Assembly: GCA_013239625.1 (NCBI GenBank)
Contig: MU054117.1
Span: 4,454,677 to 4,518,676 of the forward strand
Reading direction: 5' to 3'
DNA from: Lama guanicoe
Lineage: Eukaryota
DNA: 64,000 nucleotides
Each line of letters begins with the position of its first letter. Position 1 is the first letter of the stretch. Positions 49,239-61,735 of the stretch are shown piece after piece. Under the pieces are notes generated by a model that was not told the origin of the DNA, searched no databases, and worked only from the letters and a program-made list of their open reading frames with translations. Made by a program: the position numbers and the translations under genes.

Positions 49239-49738
49239 AAAAAAAAAATCCAGGGCTGATCCGTATCTTACCGAAGGAGAGAAGTAGAGTGATCATGTCT
49301 CCTCCCTGTCTATGATCTTCTCCCTTAATAACTGCTTTCTGCAGAGCGCATTTGCTCACGGAAGCAGCCTGGCCCAGGAAGGACAGAGGCCTCCACTCTC
49401 ACTGATTCTGTCCCGTCCCCTCCCATCCCCACTCTCTTCGGCCATCCTGGCAGCTCCTGGTGGAGCTCACGGAGGCATCAGCTTATCCATGTCCCCCGCC
49501 CCCATGCTCACACCGGCCCTTACAGAAGACAGGCCACACCGGCCTCAGTTGCCCTGTTCTCACCCAGCCCCCTTCTCAAATCAGAGAGGGACACAGAACT
49601 GACGCTGCCGAGTGCCGTGGGTCACCCCGCTGCCGTCTTCTTGTCATTCTCAGTGTTTATTACTATTATTGCCAACAGAATCTGGCTGGCTCTGGCACTC
49701 GCGGTTTTCAGGATGTCTGACATGTATCACTTCATTTA

Positions 49739-49990
49739 ATTTTTTTTTTAATTGAAGTACTGTCAGTTACAATGGGTCAGTCTCTGGTGTCCAGCACAAT
49801 GTCCCAGTCGTGCATATACATATATATTCGTTTTCATATTCTTTTTTCATTAAAGGTTATTACAAGATACCGAGCATAGCTCCCTGTACTATACAGCAGA
49901 AACTTTTTTTTTAATCTGTATATAGTGGCCAACGTTTGTAAATATCAAACTCCTAAATGTATCCCTTTCCACCTCCTTTTCCTGGCAACC
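49739..49990 (-). mobile_element. Young 5'-truncated L1 3' end inserted in a MIR
   Basis: polyT then aattgaagtactgtcagttacaat..catatacatatatattcgttttcatattc..ggttattacaagata..ccctgtactatacag. Confidence 0.8.
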
Positions 49991-52325
49991 CTTAAATGTT
50001 CACCTTCAACCTGGGTAAAAGATGGGAAGGCATCACCCCCTCGTCTTTACTCTTTATGAGAACTCAAATGTTCAGAGACGCTGGGGAAAGTGCTTAGTGC
50101 GAGCAGCTCCTATCTAGCAGCGCCAGCATTAGCCCGAGTCCACGCCCATCCACGAGCCCGGCCATCCTCAGCAGGCGTGTGCACCCACCTGGGGGCAGTC
50201 AGGATGCCCTGGGATAGAGCTGAGATGATACATGTCCAGGAAACCCCCCTGCAGGTGATTCTGCCATTTCCCCATGTAGACTAAGCCCTGGGTGTCACAG
50301 GCGTGCAGGTGACAAGTGGCAGAGCCAGGACCTTCTGCTCCTTGCCCACCATTCTTTCCATTTTGCCACCTGTCCCTCACTGAAACCTTTGTAGCATCTC
50401 TTAACCACATGCTCACCAAAGTCACCAAATAGCTGTTCCTTTAGAGAAGGACAGTAAGCACTCCCTCCCCACCCCTTGACCCCATGTTGTCACCACTGCC
50501 CACTCCAGCTGCCCCTGAAGTGGCAGATGCGACCACCTTCAGTCTCAGGTCCGCCTCAGAGAAAACCGCTGGTGGAGAATGAGCTGCTCTCTACTTCCTG
50601 GCTTCTAGACAGCTGGACAGAGAGAGCACAGTGAGGGAGCAGTCTGTCCCTCTAAAGGATGTGTGGCCAGTCAGGTCACATTCCGGAGGAAAGAGGGGAC
50701 CCAGGGGGAGGAGGCCTGGCCACGACCACACAGTTTGTTTGCTATGAGAGGACTTTTCTTTCAAGTTTGAAGTGGGGGTTTGTCCCACAGGCAGACCTGG
50801 TGCCTTCCACCTGAGGGATGGGGCACAGTGTCACACACACACGAACCTCCTGTCCAGTCAGCCAGGTGCCCTTTTCCTCCTGGTCACCTCCTTGCCACTT
50901 CCCCATCTTTCTGCAAGCTTACTTCAGGTGTCTCTGTAAGGAGCACCGTGGTAAATAACTCTTGGGCTTCGAACTGGAACCAGCTTTGCAAACTTGGCAG
51001 AAGCCACAGGTCAGCCAGGTGCCCCCCAAGCAACACTGCATTTTGACGTGTTTTCAGCCCTCCTTTGGAACTGGAGATGTTTTCCTTTAACCCCGGCTGT
51101 GTGCCTCAGTGTAAGATTTCTGGGCCGGTCCCTGGGGACCCGCGGCATGACTCACTGAGAGCCGGACCTCCGTGGGGGTGCCTGTGCTCTCGGCGGGGAC
51201 GGGGAGAGGCCGGGAGACTGTCCGCCGCGGGCCTGAGCCTGGCGCCGGCTGGGTTTCACGCCTCCGGAAGCCGGCCCCAGCCCAGGTGACTGGGTCACTC
51301 ACCACCTGTGCGCGCGTCAAAGGCCGGCTGTCTAACTGGACTTCCGCAGGGTTGAAGGCCGAGGACAGCGGTGCCTGGGCTTTCTGTAAACCCTCACTGT
51401 CGAAAGACTTTACATGGAATGGTCCCTCAGTCTCATTGTGACATTCACCCCATGCCCTCGTGGCTCCGTCTCAGTTTTTATTCTGGGCAGGTGGTTGTTC
51501 GTCATAGTTTCTGACTTTCGCTGTAAGATATTGGAAGATGGATCCAGAAGCTCGTCCAAGGGGAGAGGACCTGGGAGAGACATGCTAGTGGGCTTCAGAA
51601 ATTCTTTTCTTTGAAGTCATCTTTCACTTACTGCATAATTACTCACTAATGACTGTTTGATCCCAAGGATGGAGGGGGCAAGGGAGCTCCTAGAATGACT
51701 AAGAGGTTGCCCTGCCCTCTAGGAGAGGAACAGAGGGTGGGAGGGAGAATGCTGGCAAGGACCAGTGCAGCTGGAGTCCCATTTCCTGGGGACGAGGCTG
51801 CGGACATCTTGGTGGGGAAGCAGCTGGCCTAGGTGGCCGGGACGGCCTTGCAGGAGGAGAGACTTGCTCTAGCAGAGGCAGGAATGCACGAGACTTATTT
51901 GGGAAACTTTGAGCGATTCCATCTAAGGCACAGAGGAGGAGGAGGCAGGGTTCAGTGGTGTCACTGCTGAGAGATCAAAAGTGTGATGACAAGACTACAA
52001 GCCTTAACGCTTGGTGATGACATGAGCTGTCTGGGCCTTTCAGAGAAAGGCCATCGTCCTGCAGGAAGGGCGGGAGGCAGGGAGGGGAGGGAGGTTATGC
52101 AGGGACTGCTTGCAGGGTGAGGACCCAGAGGTGGCTCAGCTGCAAGCTGAGCTGCGCGCGCAGAGCAGCCTAGAGGAGCCATGCGGTCAAGGGGAGAGAG
52201 GGTTTGTTTTCTGTTTGGTTTTTTCGGGAGAGACAGACCAGCCTATGTGTACTGGCAAAAAGTCAAACAGTGGTGGAGGCCAACAACAGAGGCAGGAAAG
52301 AGCTGGATTAATGGAGCGCGTTCTT

Positions 52326-52480
52326 TTTTCTATATATAGAATAAGCGTTTTTTGGAAGGAGAGGTAATTAAGTCTATTTATTTATTTTTAGTTTTTTTTT
52401 TTAAATGGAGGTACTGGGGATTGAACCCAGGACCTCATGCATGCTAAGCACACGCTCTACCACTGAGCTATGCTCTCCCC
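52326..52480 (-). mobile_element. tRNA-Ala-derived SINE (vic-1-like), long form
   Basis: Reverse A and B boxes, tail taattacctctcc, TSD tggagcgcgttctt / tggagcgggttctt. Confidence 0.9.
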
Positions 52481-52544
52481 ACTGGAGCGGGTTCTTAATG
52501 GAGACAGGGAGGCCCCATCGTCCACACACACATACACACACTTA

Positions 52545-52930
52545 GGTCTAGGACAGTTGTACATCTGCAGGAAAGCTGTAAAGACAGCACGGGGAGGTCC
52601 CTCTCACCCCGCTGCGTCTCCCCTGTTGCTCACGGCTTCTAGTCCCAGGGCGCGTTTGTCTCAGCTCAGAGACCCACATCAGTACCTTCCTCTTAACCAA
52701 ACTAGACTTACTTGGATCTCACCTGTTTTTCCAGCCCTCCCCCTTTGTGTTCCAGGATCCCACCCACGGTACCACGTGGCAGGGGTCCTGTCTCCTCTGT
52801 CTCTCCTCTGGTCTGTGACAGTTTCTGTCTGTCTTCATTTTTCATGACTCAGTTTTGGGGACTTCCGGTCAAGTACTTTGTAGCATGTCCTCAGGTGAGG
52901 TTTGTCCCATGATTTTTCATCTTCTAAGAA
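52545..52930 (-). mobile_element. Old L1 (L1MC/MD-like) 3' UTR fragment
   Basis: aactagacttacttggatctcacctgtttt..tgttccaggatccca..gtgacagtttct..gtcaagtactttgtagcatgtcc. Confidence 0.6.
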
Positions 52931-54655
52931 GAACATGAGCGTGTGTGAAGTAAAGAAATTTCCAGTAAAATAGTGGGGAAAGCTGTCCTTTCTCCCTGCC
53001 CCTGTCGAATGGGTGGTACTGCATCTGGCCTGAAAGCGGAATGTTTCCCTTTGGCTTTTGTAACCAGGTAACTGAGCAGAGCCTGGGCTGGGAGTGGAGG
53101 GGCTGGGCATTCTAATTCCGTCCCCACCAGACCGACTGGTGACGTGGGCCGATCACTGCCCTCTTTCTTGGCCCTGTGAGCGTGGAGCACCCTCTCTCTG
53201 CTCTGCAGCTATGCTTTAAAAGGCAAGGAAGGGCCACATCTCACCGTTCCTGTTTGACAGACAGGAAAACTGAAGCGATGAACCACTAGGCCAGAATTCC
53301 AGGCCCTCACCTGTGGACACCACCGTGGGTGTAGACAAGGTTTTGACTCTACGGCAGGCTGAGGTCTTGGGTCACATTTCCTACTGTTGCTGCCTCTGCT
53401 CTCCACCCAACATGTCCAAACCCACTGCCAGTTCATAGGGAAAAGGAGAGAAACAGAGAAGTAGAGCAGAGGCCTGTCTATACTGCAGGCTGTCCCAGCC
53501 TCTGGGGCAGAGAACCCTGCTCCCAGAGGAGCAGGGCTCTGACACAGGGTGCCTCTGTTGAAGAGGGTGGGCTGGTGAAACCTGGGGCTGGACGTTGGCT
53601 GCGAGCCCACATGCCCTCGTCCAGCCGGCCACCACCCACAGCCTGTGAGTCATCCCAGCCAGCCCTGGTACGGGCCAGCGACGGGGAGGGGAGCTCAGCT
53701 GGCCTGGGGCCGGAGCTGGGGGTGGGGGGGCGAGCAGGGCCGCCTCCTCGGCACCAAGCTCAGCAGTTCGGGGCCAGGACTGGTGCCTGGGTCTTTGCTT
53801 ACGGGGAGAGTCTGCCCTGTAGGGTCCAGTATCTCACCCGGCCCACCTGTGAAGTGGGATTTTCAGTAAATTGTAAGTGTGGACGTTTCCTTGGAGGTTT
53901 CTTGTCTGATGTTTGTAAGGATCATCCTAAACCTGGCATCATGTGGTCAGCTTGTAAGGCTTCCCTGTGTGAGGAGGGAGGGACCCAACGTGGAGGAGGC
54001 TTCGGCCGTCCTTCTCTGAGCAGCGAGGGTTGGTAAGGACTCCCAGATGCCCTCGCAGCCCTTTGGGTGATTTTCTCTTCTTTTATTGTGTGGTATGTAT
54101 ACAGGGTAGCTCAGAAAACACAATGTAAAGATAACTGTGAAGTGAGTATCTGTGCCGCCACCAGTTAAAGCTAGCATGTTGCTGGTGCTGTAGGCCTCCC
54201 CCACCCAAGTGCTAGTCCCTCGTTAGAAATCGTCCTCTCTCCCTACAGGCCACCACTCACTCAACTTTATCACCTACATGCACCCCTAAACGGTCATTTT
54301 TAAATGAATGGAATCATACCATGTGTGTTCTGTGCTTCTTGCCTCTTTAACATCCTGAGATGCACTCACAGTTTTGCATGGACTGCAGCTGATTCCTTTT
54401 CACTGCTGTATAATATTCCATTGTCTGTGGACATATCCATTCTACCCCTGTGCTGCTGGTGGAGAACTGGTTATTCCCAGCTGGCTAGTATTTTTCTCAA
54501 ATGGCTTGATCTCCCATCTCTATCTCCACCTTGTCTACTGCTACTGCCAGGTGCCTGGTGAGGAGCAGAGGCCAAGGGTGTCTCACCCACTGGTGATTGG
54601 GGTCCCCCCCGTCCCTGGCGGCCAGGCTAATGCCATTGTCCTGTGTGTCATGCAG

Positions 54656-54758
54656 CTTGCCGGGATTGCGGTCCTTGCTGTAGGACTATGGCTCCGATTC
54701 GACTCGCAGACCAAGAGCATCTTCGAGCAAGAAAATAATAATTCCAGCTTCTACACGG
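54656..54758 (+). CDS. CD9: CD9 exon 2 (end of TM1, small extracellular loop)
   Basis: 103 nt, catgcag|..|gtgagt. [34 protein letters not shown](G), with N-glycosylation sequons N50 and N51. Confidence 0.98.
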
Positions 54759-55094
54759 GTGAGTAGGGGACACCTGGTGCTCCCTCCAACTGCAAAGAGT
54801 CCATGTTGATCCAGGGACTTGGTTTGAGGACTTTTGCGCCGGCCACGTTGCCGGTCGGGTCCCTTTCCAGCCATGCTGTTGTGTCGCTGTGCCCGTGAAT
54901 TTGCATTTGTCGAGGTGGTTTCTTTTTCTGAGCTGACTGAGCCTGGCCTTTTGACCATTCTCTGGTGTGAAGTCGACTTTGCCAAAGCTGCTGCCATCCT
55001 GGAGGGTTTCAGAGCCTCGGCTTCTGTCCCTGATCCACTCTCTTAATTTCATGTCTTCTTGAGCTTGTTCATTTCCTTAATTTAAAAAACTTAA

Positions 55095-55250
55095 GAGGGA
55101 AGGGTGGAGCTCAAGGGCAGAGCACGTGCTTAGCATGCACAAGGTCCAGAGTTCAATCCCCAGTACCTCCATTTAAATAAATAAACATATACATACGTAC
55201 ATATATAATACATACATAACTAATTACCTCTCCCCTCCAAAAATTTTTTT
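55095..55250 (+). mobile_element. tRNA-Ala-derived SINE (vic-1-like), long form with expanded TACA-type tail
   Basis: agctcaagggcagagcacgtgcttagcatgcacaaggtccagagttcaatccccagtacctcc..taattacctctcccc. Confidence 0.88.
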
Positions 55251-58200
55251 TAAAGAATTAAAAAAAAATTGTTCTGGGGATCCACAGTGCCTGGAGAAGG
55301 AGAGGGAACTGGTCAAGCCGGGCTCAGACCCAGAGGTCAGGCAGATGCATACGAGAGACTAGAAGAGGCCCCAGCCCTTCAGACCCCTGCGCTGGGGCAC
55401 AGGCCATGCCTGTTTTTTCTCAAATGCTTTTGCTTTAGGCCAGAGGCTTCCAGTTGGAAGATGAATAGATCCAGCAGGTTTCTTCCCACACACAGGCGCC
55501 TTGGGCCTCTTACCGGATTGCCCGGCAAGCGCCTCTCAGGGGAGTGGGAGCCCGGGGCCTGTCCCCTGCAGCCTCCGAGTCAGCCCACAGCACCCGGCCC
55601 TCCTCTGCACGAGGCTGGGGGATAGGAAACACTTCATTTGCGAGAAACAAAAGCAGCCGCCTATTTTTAGGAGGATGCTGACATGTCATCAGGCTCAAAC
55701 TGTAAGTTTGGTCACTTCCTTTCCACCCACCAAAGAAGTTATTTTTTAAAAAAAGACGAGAAAACAGTCTGAAGAGGGTTATTGCCCAGGCTTCTAGGAA
55801 GAGCGCGGTGGCCGGTGGCGTGTGGGCCACCATCTTCCTGCCTCTGTCGCCACGGCGGAGGGTGGTCTCCCTGCTTCTATTGCTTTTTGGTGGTGGTGTT
55901 AGTTGGAGTTTTTTTAGGGTGTGTCTCCCTATTGTCAGAAAGAGTGAGGGAAAGAAAAGCACAACATATGTTTTAAAACAAAGACAAAGCCACACACACA
56001 GCAAGTTTTAGGGAGCAGGTTTCCGTGGTGCCCTGACTTGTTTTAGCAACGGTGTGTTTTGGTGACCGCAGTGGAATGCCACCCCCTGGGCCGGGGCAGT
56101 GGGGCTGCAGGGCAGGGCGGGGGCTCGGGGCCAGCCTTGTGCTCTCCACACCATGTCACAGCATATCACGACAGGGAGCTGGGGGCCCTCTGCGGGGAGA
56201 GCAGACCTGCGGGCAGGCAGGTGGCATTGTCCTGAAGAGAGACCCCAGGCTCTGCAGGGTGCCTGGCTCCACACCTCGGGTCACTCTCAGTGATGGCTTC
56301 TGTCTCCCGTTACCTAGGACTCTGGCTCACTCTGAGTGCTTTTAGCTGTGGGAGGTGTGGAGTAACGTGCCCGAGCTCACACCCCTCCAGAGGCAGGGCT
56401 CAGATTTGAAGCCAGGCCCAGGAACGCTGCCCCTGGGACAATCGGGCGGGGCCATGGGGGCTGCCCCATGTGGGAATAGAAAATGTCTCCACCGACTGCA
56501 CGTCCCCCTTGGTGGGCAGGGCCAGCTCTCCTGGCCTTTTGACTTCACCCCAGCTGTGGCTGGGGGAGACGGGCCCTCAGCACCAGCAGCTCAGTGGGAG
56601 AGGCGGGCAGGGAAGTGACACCGTTGAAGGAGCCAGGCTGCCTGCGGGAACCTCCTGGGACTCAGTCCCCCAGGTCATTGGGGGGCCCTTCTGATGGTCA
56701 GTGGTCCGACCTGAAGTGACCAGGAGGTGGTCTGAAGACATATCCCAAAGAAACACAGCATATCCCCCCCAAAAACACAAAAGAAAAAAGAAACACCCAC
56801 CCCTACTCGGGGGGCCAGTGGCCGCTGCCCCCTGAGCTCTGATGGGGACCCTGGCCCTCTGTGCCAGACCCCCTTCCTGCGAAAGGGCTCAGCTTCGAAG
56901 ACTTCATTTTATTTGCAGAAGCCCAGGGACTAGGGGGTGATGCAAGTGACACTAGAACTTGGTCAACGGAGTGACCACTTGGGCCTGGCCAGGCCCTTGT
57001 GCCTCACTGAGTGCTTTGGGAAACTGAGTGTCATCTGCAGGCAAAGGGCCAAGGAGGCTTCTGTGTCCCCTTCCCCCTTGGGCTGTGACATCAGCCTTTG
57101 TATTACCCACGGCCCGTTCCAGCAGAGTACAGCTCCACCCAGCTGCTATTTCTGACGTCCTGGGGTGACTGTCCCTCGCGCTGGGGCACCAACCATCTGT
57201 AGGGTGACCCACCGGCCAGCCCGGCCATGCAGCCAGCCCTTCAGGAAACCTGGAGGGCCCAGGGGTGGCTCTTCTCCAGGGGGGCCACAGCTCTCACAGC
57301 AGAGAAAGGGTGAATAACCAGGCAAAGATGCAAGTAAAGGAAGAAACTTTACAACATTCAGAACGGTCTCTGCTGGATCCAAACAGCCGACAGCCTTATA
57401 TGGGCCTTCTCTCCAGTTCAGGGCCTGGAGATCCAGCCTGTCAGCAGTGTCCATACCCTCAAGCTGCAGGTGTTGGGGAACTTCTTTTTCTTGGTCCCAG
57501 GCCAGCAGCCCCTCTCAGTGGTGTCCTTCCAGAACCTCGGCCCCCGATGGAGGGCATCTCGGTGGGGCTCCAGCCAGGGGCCGGGCGTGTCCGCCCCGCA
57601 GGACTCCTCCCTCGGTGAGGTCTGGGCCGCGCTGTGCTGGCTTCCCCCGGCCAGCGCACGGCCTGGGGCATTTGTTTTGCTGCTCTGTGCCTGGTTTTCC
57701 CCAACCTGGTGCCAGCAGAGTTTACACCCACCTCTCCAGCCCAAGACCTCGGTGCTTGACAAACAGAGCTCACTGTGGCCTCATTAACCAGCACAGCCAT
57801 GGATGGGACAGAGAGGGACTGAGAGAGAGCCACTGCGGAGCAGACCCCGGTTCCTCTGAACCCCTGCCTGACTTATTTGGAGATAATAAGCTGTCCTCAG
57901 CAAGTGGAGGCCCAGGCGCCGCCAGATCTTGTTCTGCACACACACAGGTGTGGTGAGTGCTGTTGGCAGGATGGGGTCGGGGTGAGGACAGGAGGCCGAC
58001 GCGTCCCCTCCCTTCCTGAAGCCAAGAGCCCCGATAAAGAAGGAAGGCTCTTGGCAGATGCTCCTGCTTAACTAGAGGCCTTTTTTTTTTTTTTTTTTGG
58101 ACTAGGCCTGTAATAGCCTGAAAAAAAGCAGAATAAACAGCCCTTAAGCAGATGAGTACAGTAATCCTAGGGAAGACTCTGTGACGAATCACTTTTTCCG

Positions 58201-60169
58201 TGTGTCAGACCGAGGCTAAGATACACTGGTTTTATAAGGGGAACATGCTTTGTCATTTATCACCATCAGCCTCTGCTAATGAGCTCGAGGGGTGTAGACG
58301 GGGAGGAGCCTCTCTGAGGGGAAGCCCTCGATGGCCCTTTGAAGCAGCAGGCCACGCCCTGCCGGGGCGCTAAGGCTCCCAGGCAGTGAGCCACCCTTTG
58401 GCTTGCTGAGTGCTGCTAAAATCCCATGAACGGCCTCCAGGGAATTGTTCATCCTCATCCCCACCTGGAGAGGGGGACGCGAGATACCGCAGATCTGCAG
58501 CTGTTGGAGCAAGCCTGAAAACCAACAAGACCCTTAGTCCTAAAATCTTCCTCCGCAGAGCCCAAGAATGAATATTTAATATTAACAGATAGGTCCATTA
58601 GGACAATGTTCTCTGCGTGGGAAAGGCTTTTTCCTTTAGTGGCTCTCTGTTGCCATTGCCCCAGCTCCTCTGACTTCTGCCAGGGTTGCCCGGGCTTCTG
58701 CACTGGGATCTGGACTTAGAGAAAATGTGTCTGTCTGAGCATCCCCACTCAGCTCTATTTTATGTGCTTGGGAATCCTTTGATCTCATAATACCCCCTAT
58801 TTATTCAGCTCCTGCTCTGGAACTCAAAGGAGTGACCTCATCCTTCGTCGTCTTGCCCCAGTGGGGAGAGATGAGGAGAATCATGAAATGGGGAGAAGCC
58901 TGGGCTGGATCCCTGTCCCAGCTCCCCACTGTCCCCAGGTCAGAGCCCAGACCCGTAAGAGGCTGCCCTTCTCCTGTGCGTGGGCGGGGCTGTCCCACCT
59001 CTGCAAGTCCAGCCTGTGGCCCCCTGTATTGGGTGACCTAGGAGGATGGGACTCAACTCGAGGACAAGCTGCATTTGTCCCCTTGCCCAGTCTGGGCCGG
59101 GCATGCACGGGAACAATACCCATATTCATCAGGGTTTGCCAGTAAGCCCACGTGACTTGACATCACGACAGATGTGGGGGGAACAGGGAGAGGACAAACA
59201 CTCCCTTGTGTGCGCTGCGCCCTGGGCTGCCCGTGAGCCCCAGCTGCAGGCCGCCTGCGCAGCTCGCTGCCTGCACAGCTCAGCCCCGCGTGGAGGGTGC
59301 AGATGTGGGACAGTGAAGTCACTGTGACACCTGCCGGGGTTCTCGTTTCGGTATCCTGTTGTGTACTGTGGGGCAACGACCCTACCTCAGGGAGGTCTCC
59401 CTGGTCCTGGTGAAATTTATCATCACTGTGATTATTAACAATTGTCGTCCATCTTTCAATTAATAGTAGCTAATTGCATATCAACTAAACCTCAATTGAA
59501 AAATAAAAATTAAGAAAAAAATTTTTTAAAGACTAACAGTGGCTAGCACGTGTGTACATTTGGATCACATCGGCTAATCCTCACAGCAGTCCTTGAGGTA
59601 GGCGTTTTTCCCATCCCCTGTTTGCAGATAGAAACTATTGCCAAGGGAGGTTAAGTGTCTTTCTAAGGGCCACAGAGCCGGCTTTCAAACCCAGGCATTT
59701 GGGACTTCAAAGCTGGTGCCCTCAACCTGTGACGACATGTGCCTCTTCCAAAGGGGGACAGAACATGCCTGCAGGCAGCAGAGGCCTGGGACCTCTTTGC
59801 CAGTTTTCCCGTGGCGCCCAGGGCGGGGCAGCTGGGTGAGGGGTGGTTGCTGCAGGACTGCTGTGCTGCTAAAGGATGTAAGTGCACACACGGGGGGCCC
59901 CTCTGGGCCTTCCCCGGGCAGGGTCTAGATGACTAGGGCCAGGGCTGTGCCTCGCTGTGTGCCCCTGTCCCAGGCTGGGGTTGCAGAAGTCATGGCCCTT
60001 TGTGGCCCCTCTCCATCAGATGCCCCAACTGACTGTTTAGATAGAAACAGGGTCACTCACCCTCCCTCTAGCACAGAAGATCCTTTGCACCCTTAAACCC
60101 GGGGCAGCTGAATCGCAGCTGTGAGACCTCACTGATGTGCTATAAGGGATCTTTTGAAATTTTGTAGCA

Positions 60170-60310
60170 ACCAACTTCTCATTTTACCAATAAGGAAATT
60201 GAGCCTCAGAGAGGGAAAGTGTCTTACCCAAGATTGCACAGCAGTTAGTAGCAGAGTTGGGCCCAGAACAAGGGTCTCCTGACAGCCAGGCTGTGTTCTT
60301 TGCACTAGAG
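60170..60310 (-). mobile_element. MIR SINE
   Basis: ctcattttaccaataaggaaattgagcctcagagagggaaagtgtcttacccaagattgcacagcagttagtagcagag. Confidence 0.75.
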
Positions 60311-60922
60311 CAAGGTACTCGGGCCCTCGGATGTTGCTGACTGTACCTGCCTGAATGCCACCTGGCAGCAGAACCAGGAGGCATCCCCTCGGGGAATATG
60401 GCCAAGCTGGCCCACCCAGAGCACAGTTGTCCGGTTCTGCACAGCCTCGTCCTGCTGCAAGCTTGCTCTGATAGCCTCTTCTGTCAGGTGGAGGCCAGAA
60501 GGAGGAGGCTTGTCAGAGTCCTGGGAAGTTACCCTGAGTTTGGAGGGTTGAATTTATTTAGCGGGAGTGGGTCCATCCAGCTGGAAACAGCTGACAGACT
60601 GGACCAGTTTTTCCTGAGTAGAATCTGGGGGGTGGGGGTCTGTGGATACCCCAGGTCGGGGTAATGGGCACCTTCCAGGAAGGCTGAGGGTAAGGGAGCA
60701 GTGAGGGCTTGAAGCGGGTGGTCCTAGAGGAGGGATGGGTAGGCGGAGACTTAAAAGCGGAGGTGAAGGAGGCTGTTTTGGAGGGCGGGGCTCTTCTCCC
60801 CTGAGATGAGGGCAGTAGGGCTGGGGGGCAGCACAGAGTCACGAGCAGAGGGAAAGGAACCAGGAGGTATCTGGGCCTCCACACTAATGTCTCCCTGTCC
60901 TGTCCTCTGCCCCGTCCCTCAG

Positions 60923-61020
60923 GAGTGTATATTCTGATTGGAGCCGGCGCTCTCATGATGCTGGTGGGCTTCCTGGGCTGCTGTGGGGCCGTGCAGGAGT
61001 CCCAGTGCATGCTGGGATTG
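60923..61020 (+). CDS. CD9: CD9 exon 3 (TM2, intracellular loop)
   Basis: 98 nt, ccctcag|..|gtgagt. [33 protein letters not shown]. Confidence 0.98.
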
Positions 61021-61660
61021 GTGAGTGTCCCTGCTGTGTGCCCACGGCCCCTGGGTCTCCGAGGCCCCCACCCAAGGATCTCAGAGAATGGGGGAGGGAT
61101 GGGGAGGAACGGGTACCCAGGGCCCAGCCCCACCCGCCTCCCAGCCAGGTCATCATCCCGTCCCTCCTCCCCTGTGCTGATGCTCTCCTCTTCTTCCCTG
61201 TAGCCTCTGTTTCATCACTTCCCTTAGGCGACTAAATGCCAGGACTTTGTTTTCCCCTTTTTCGAGGACCACGTTTGCTTTCTTTCCCTGAACCCACAGG
61301 TACCTTCGCCTTCTCTCCTTGTTTCAAAATTTGCCACAATTTTCCTTCATCTTCGGAGTGCATTCACTCCTCTCTTTCTTCAAATCTCTGGCTTTTGTGG
61401 GAGTGATGGGATGTTATCGCTGACTCTTAACACCTTAGAAATGCCAGTTCTGGGGTCTGTGCCCGCTCTCCTCCTGCAGCTTTTTCCCTCCTGGCCTTGG
61501 CTGGGCGCTCACAGTTCTGTAGACCTCCTCTGGCCCCGTACAGGCATCCATCCCCTCCCCATCAGACGCCCGGGCCCCAGACACCCAGTCTCCAAAATGC
61601 CCTCTGCTGGCCCTGGCCGTCCGGCCGGGACCGCGCCTCACCCCGCCCCTTCCCTTCCAG

Positions 61661-61735
61661 TTCTTTGGCTTCCTCCTGGTGATATTCGCCGTGGAAATAG
61701 CTGCAGCCGTCTGGGGGTACTCCCACAAGGACGAG
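61661..61735 (+). CDS. CD9: CD9 exon 4 (TM3)
   Basis: 75 nt, ccttccag|..|gtaggt. [25 protein letters not shown]. Confidence 0.98.

Noticed and set aside
54730..54748. CD9 small loop two residues shorter than human
   Set aside because: The 103-nt exon 2 (226-aa type) is the common non-primate form as recalled, and the glycosylation sequons are retained.
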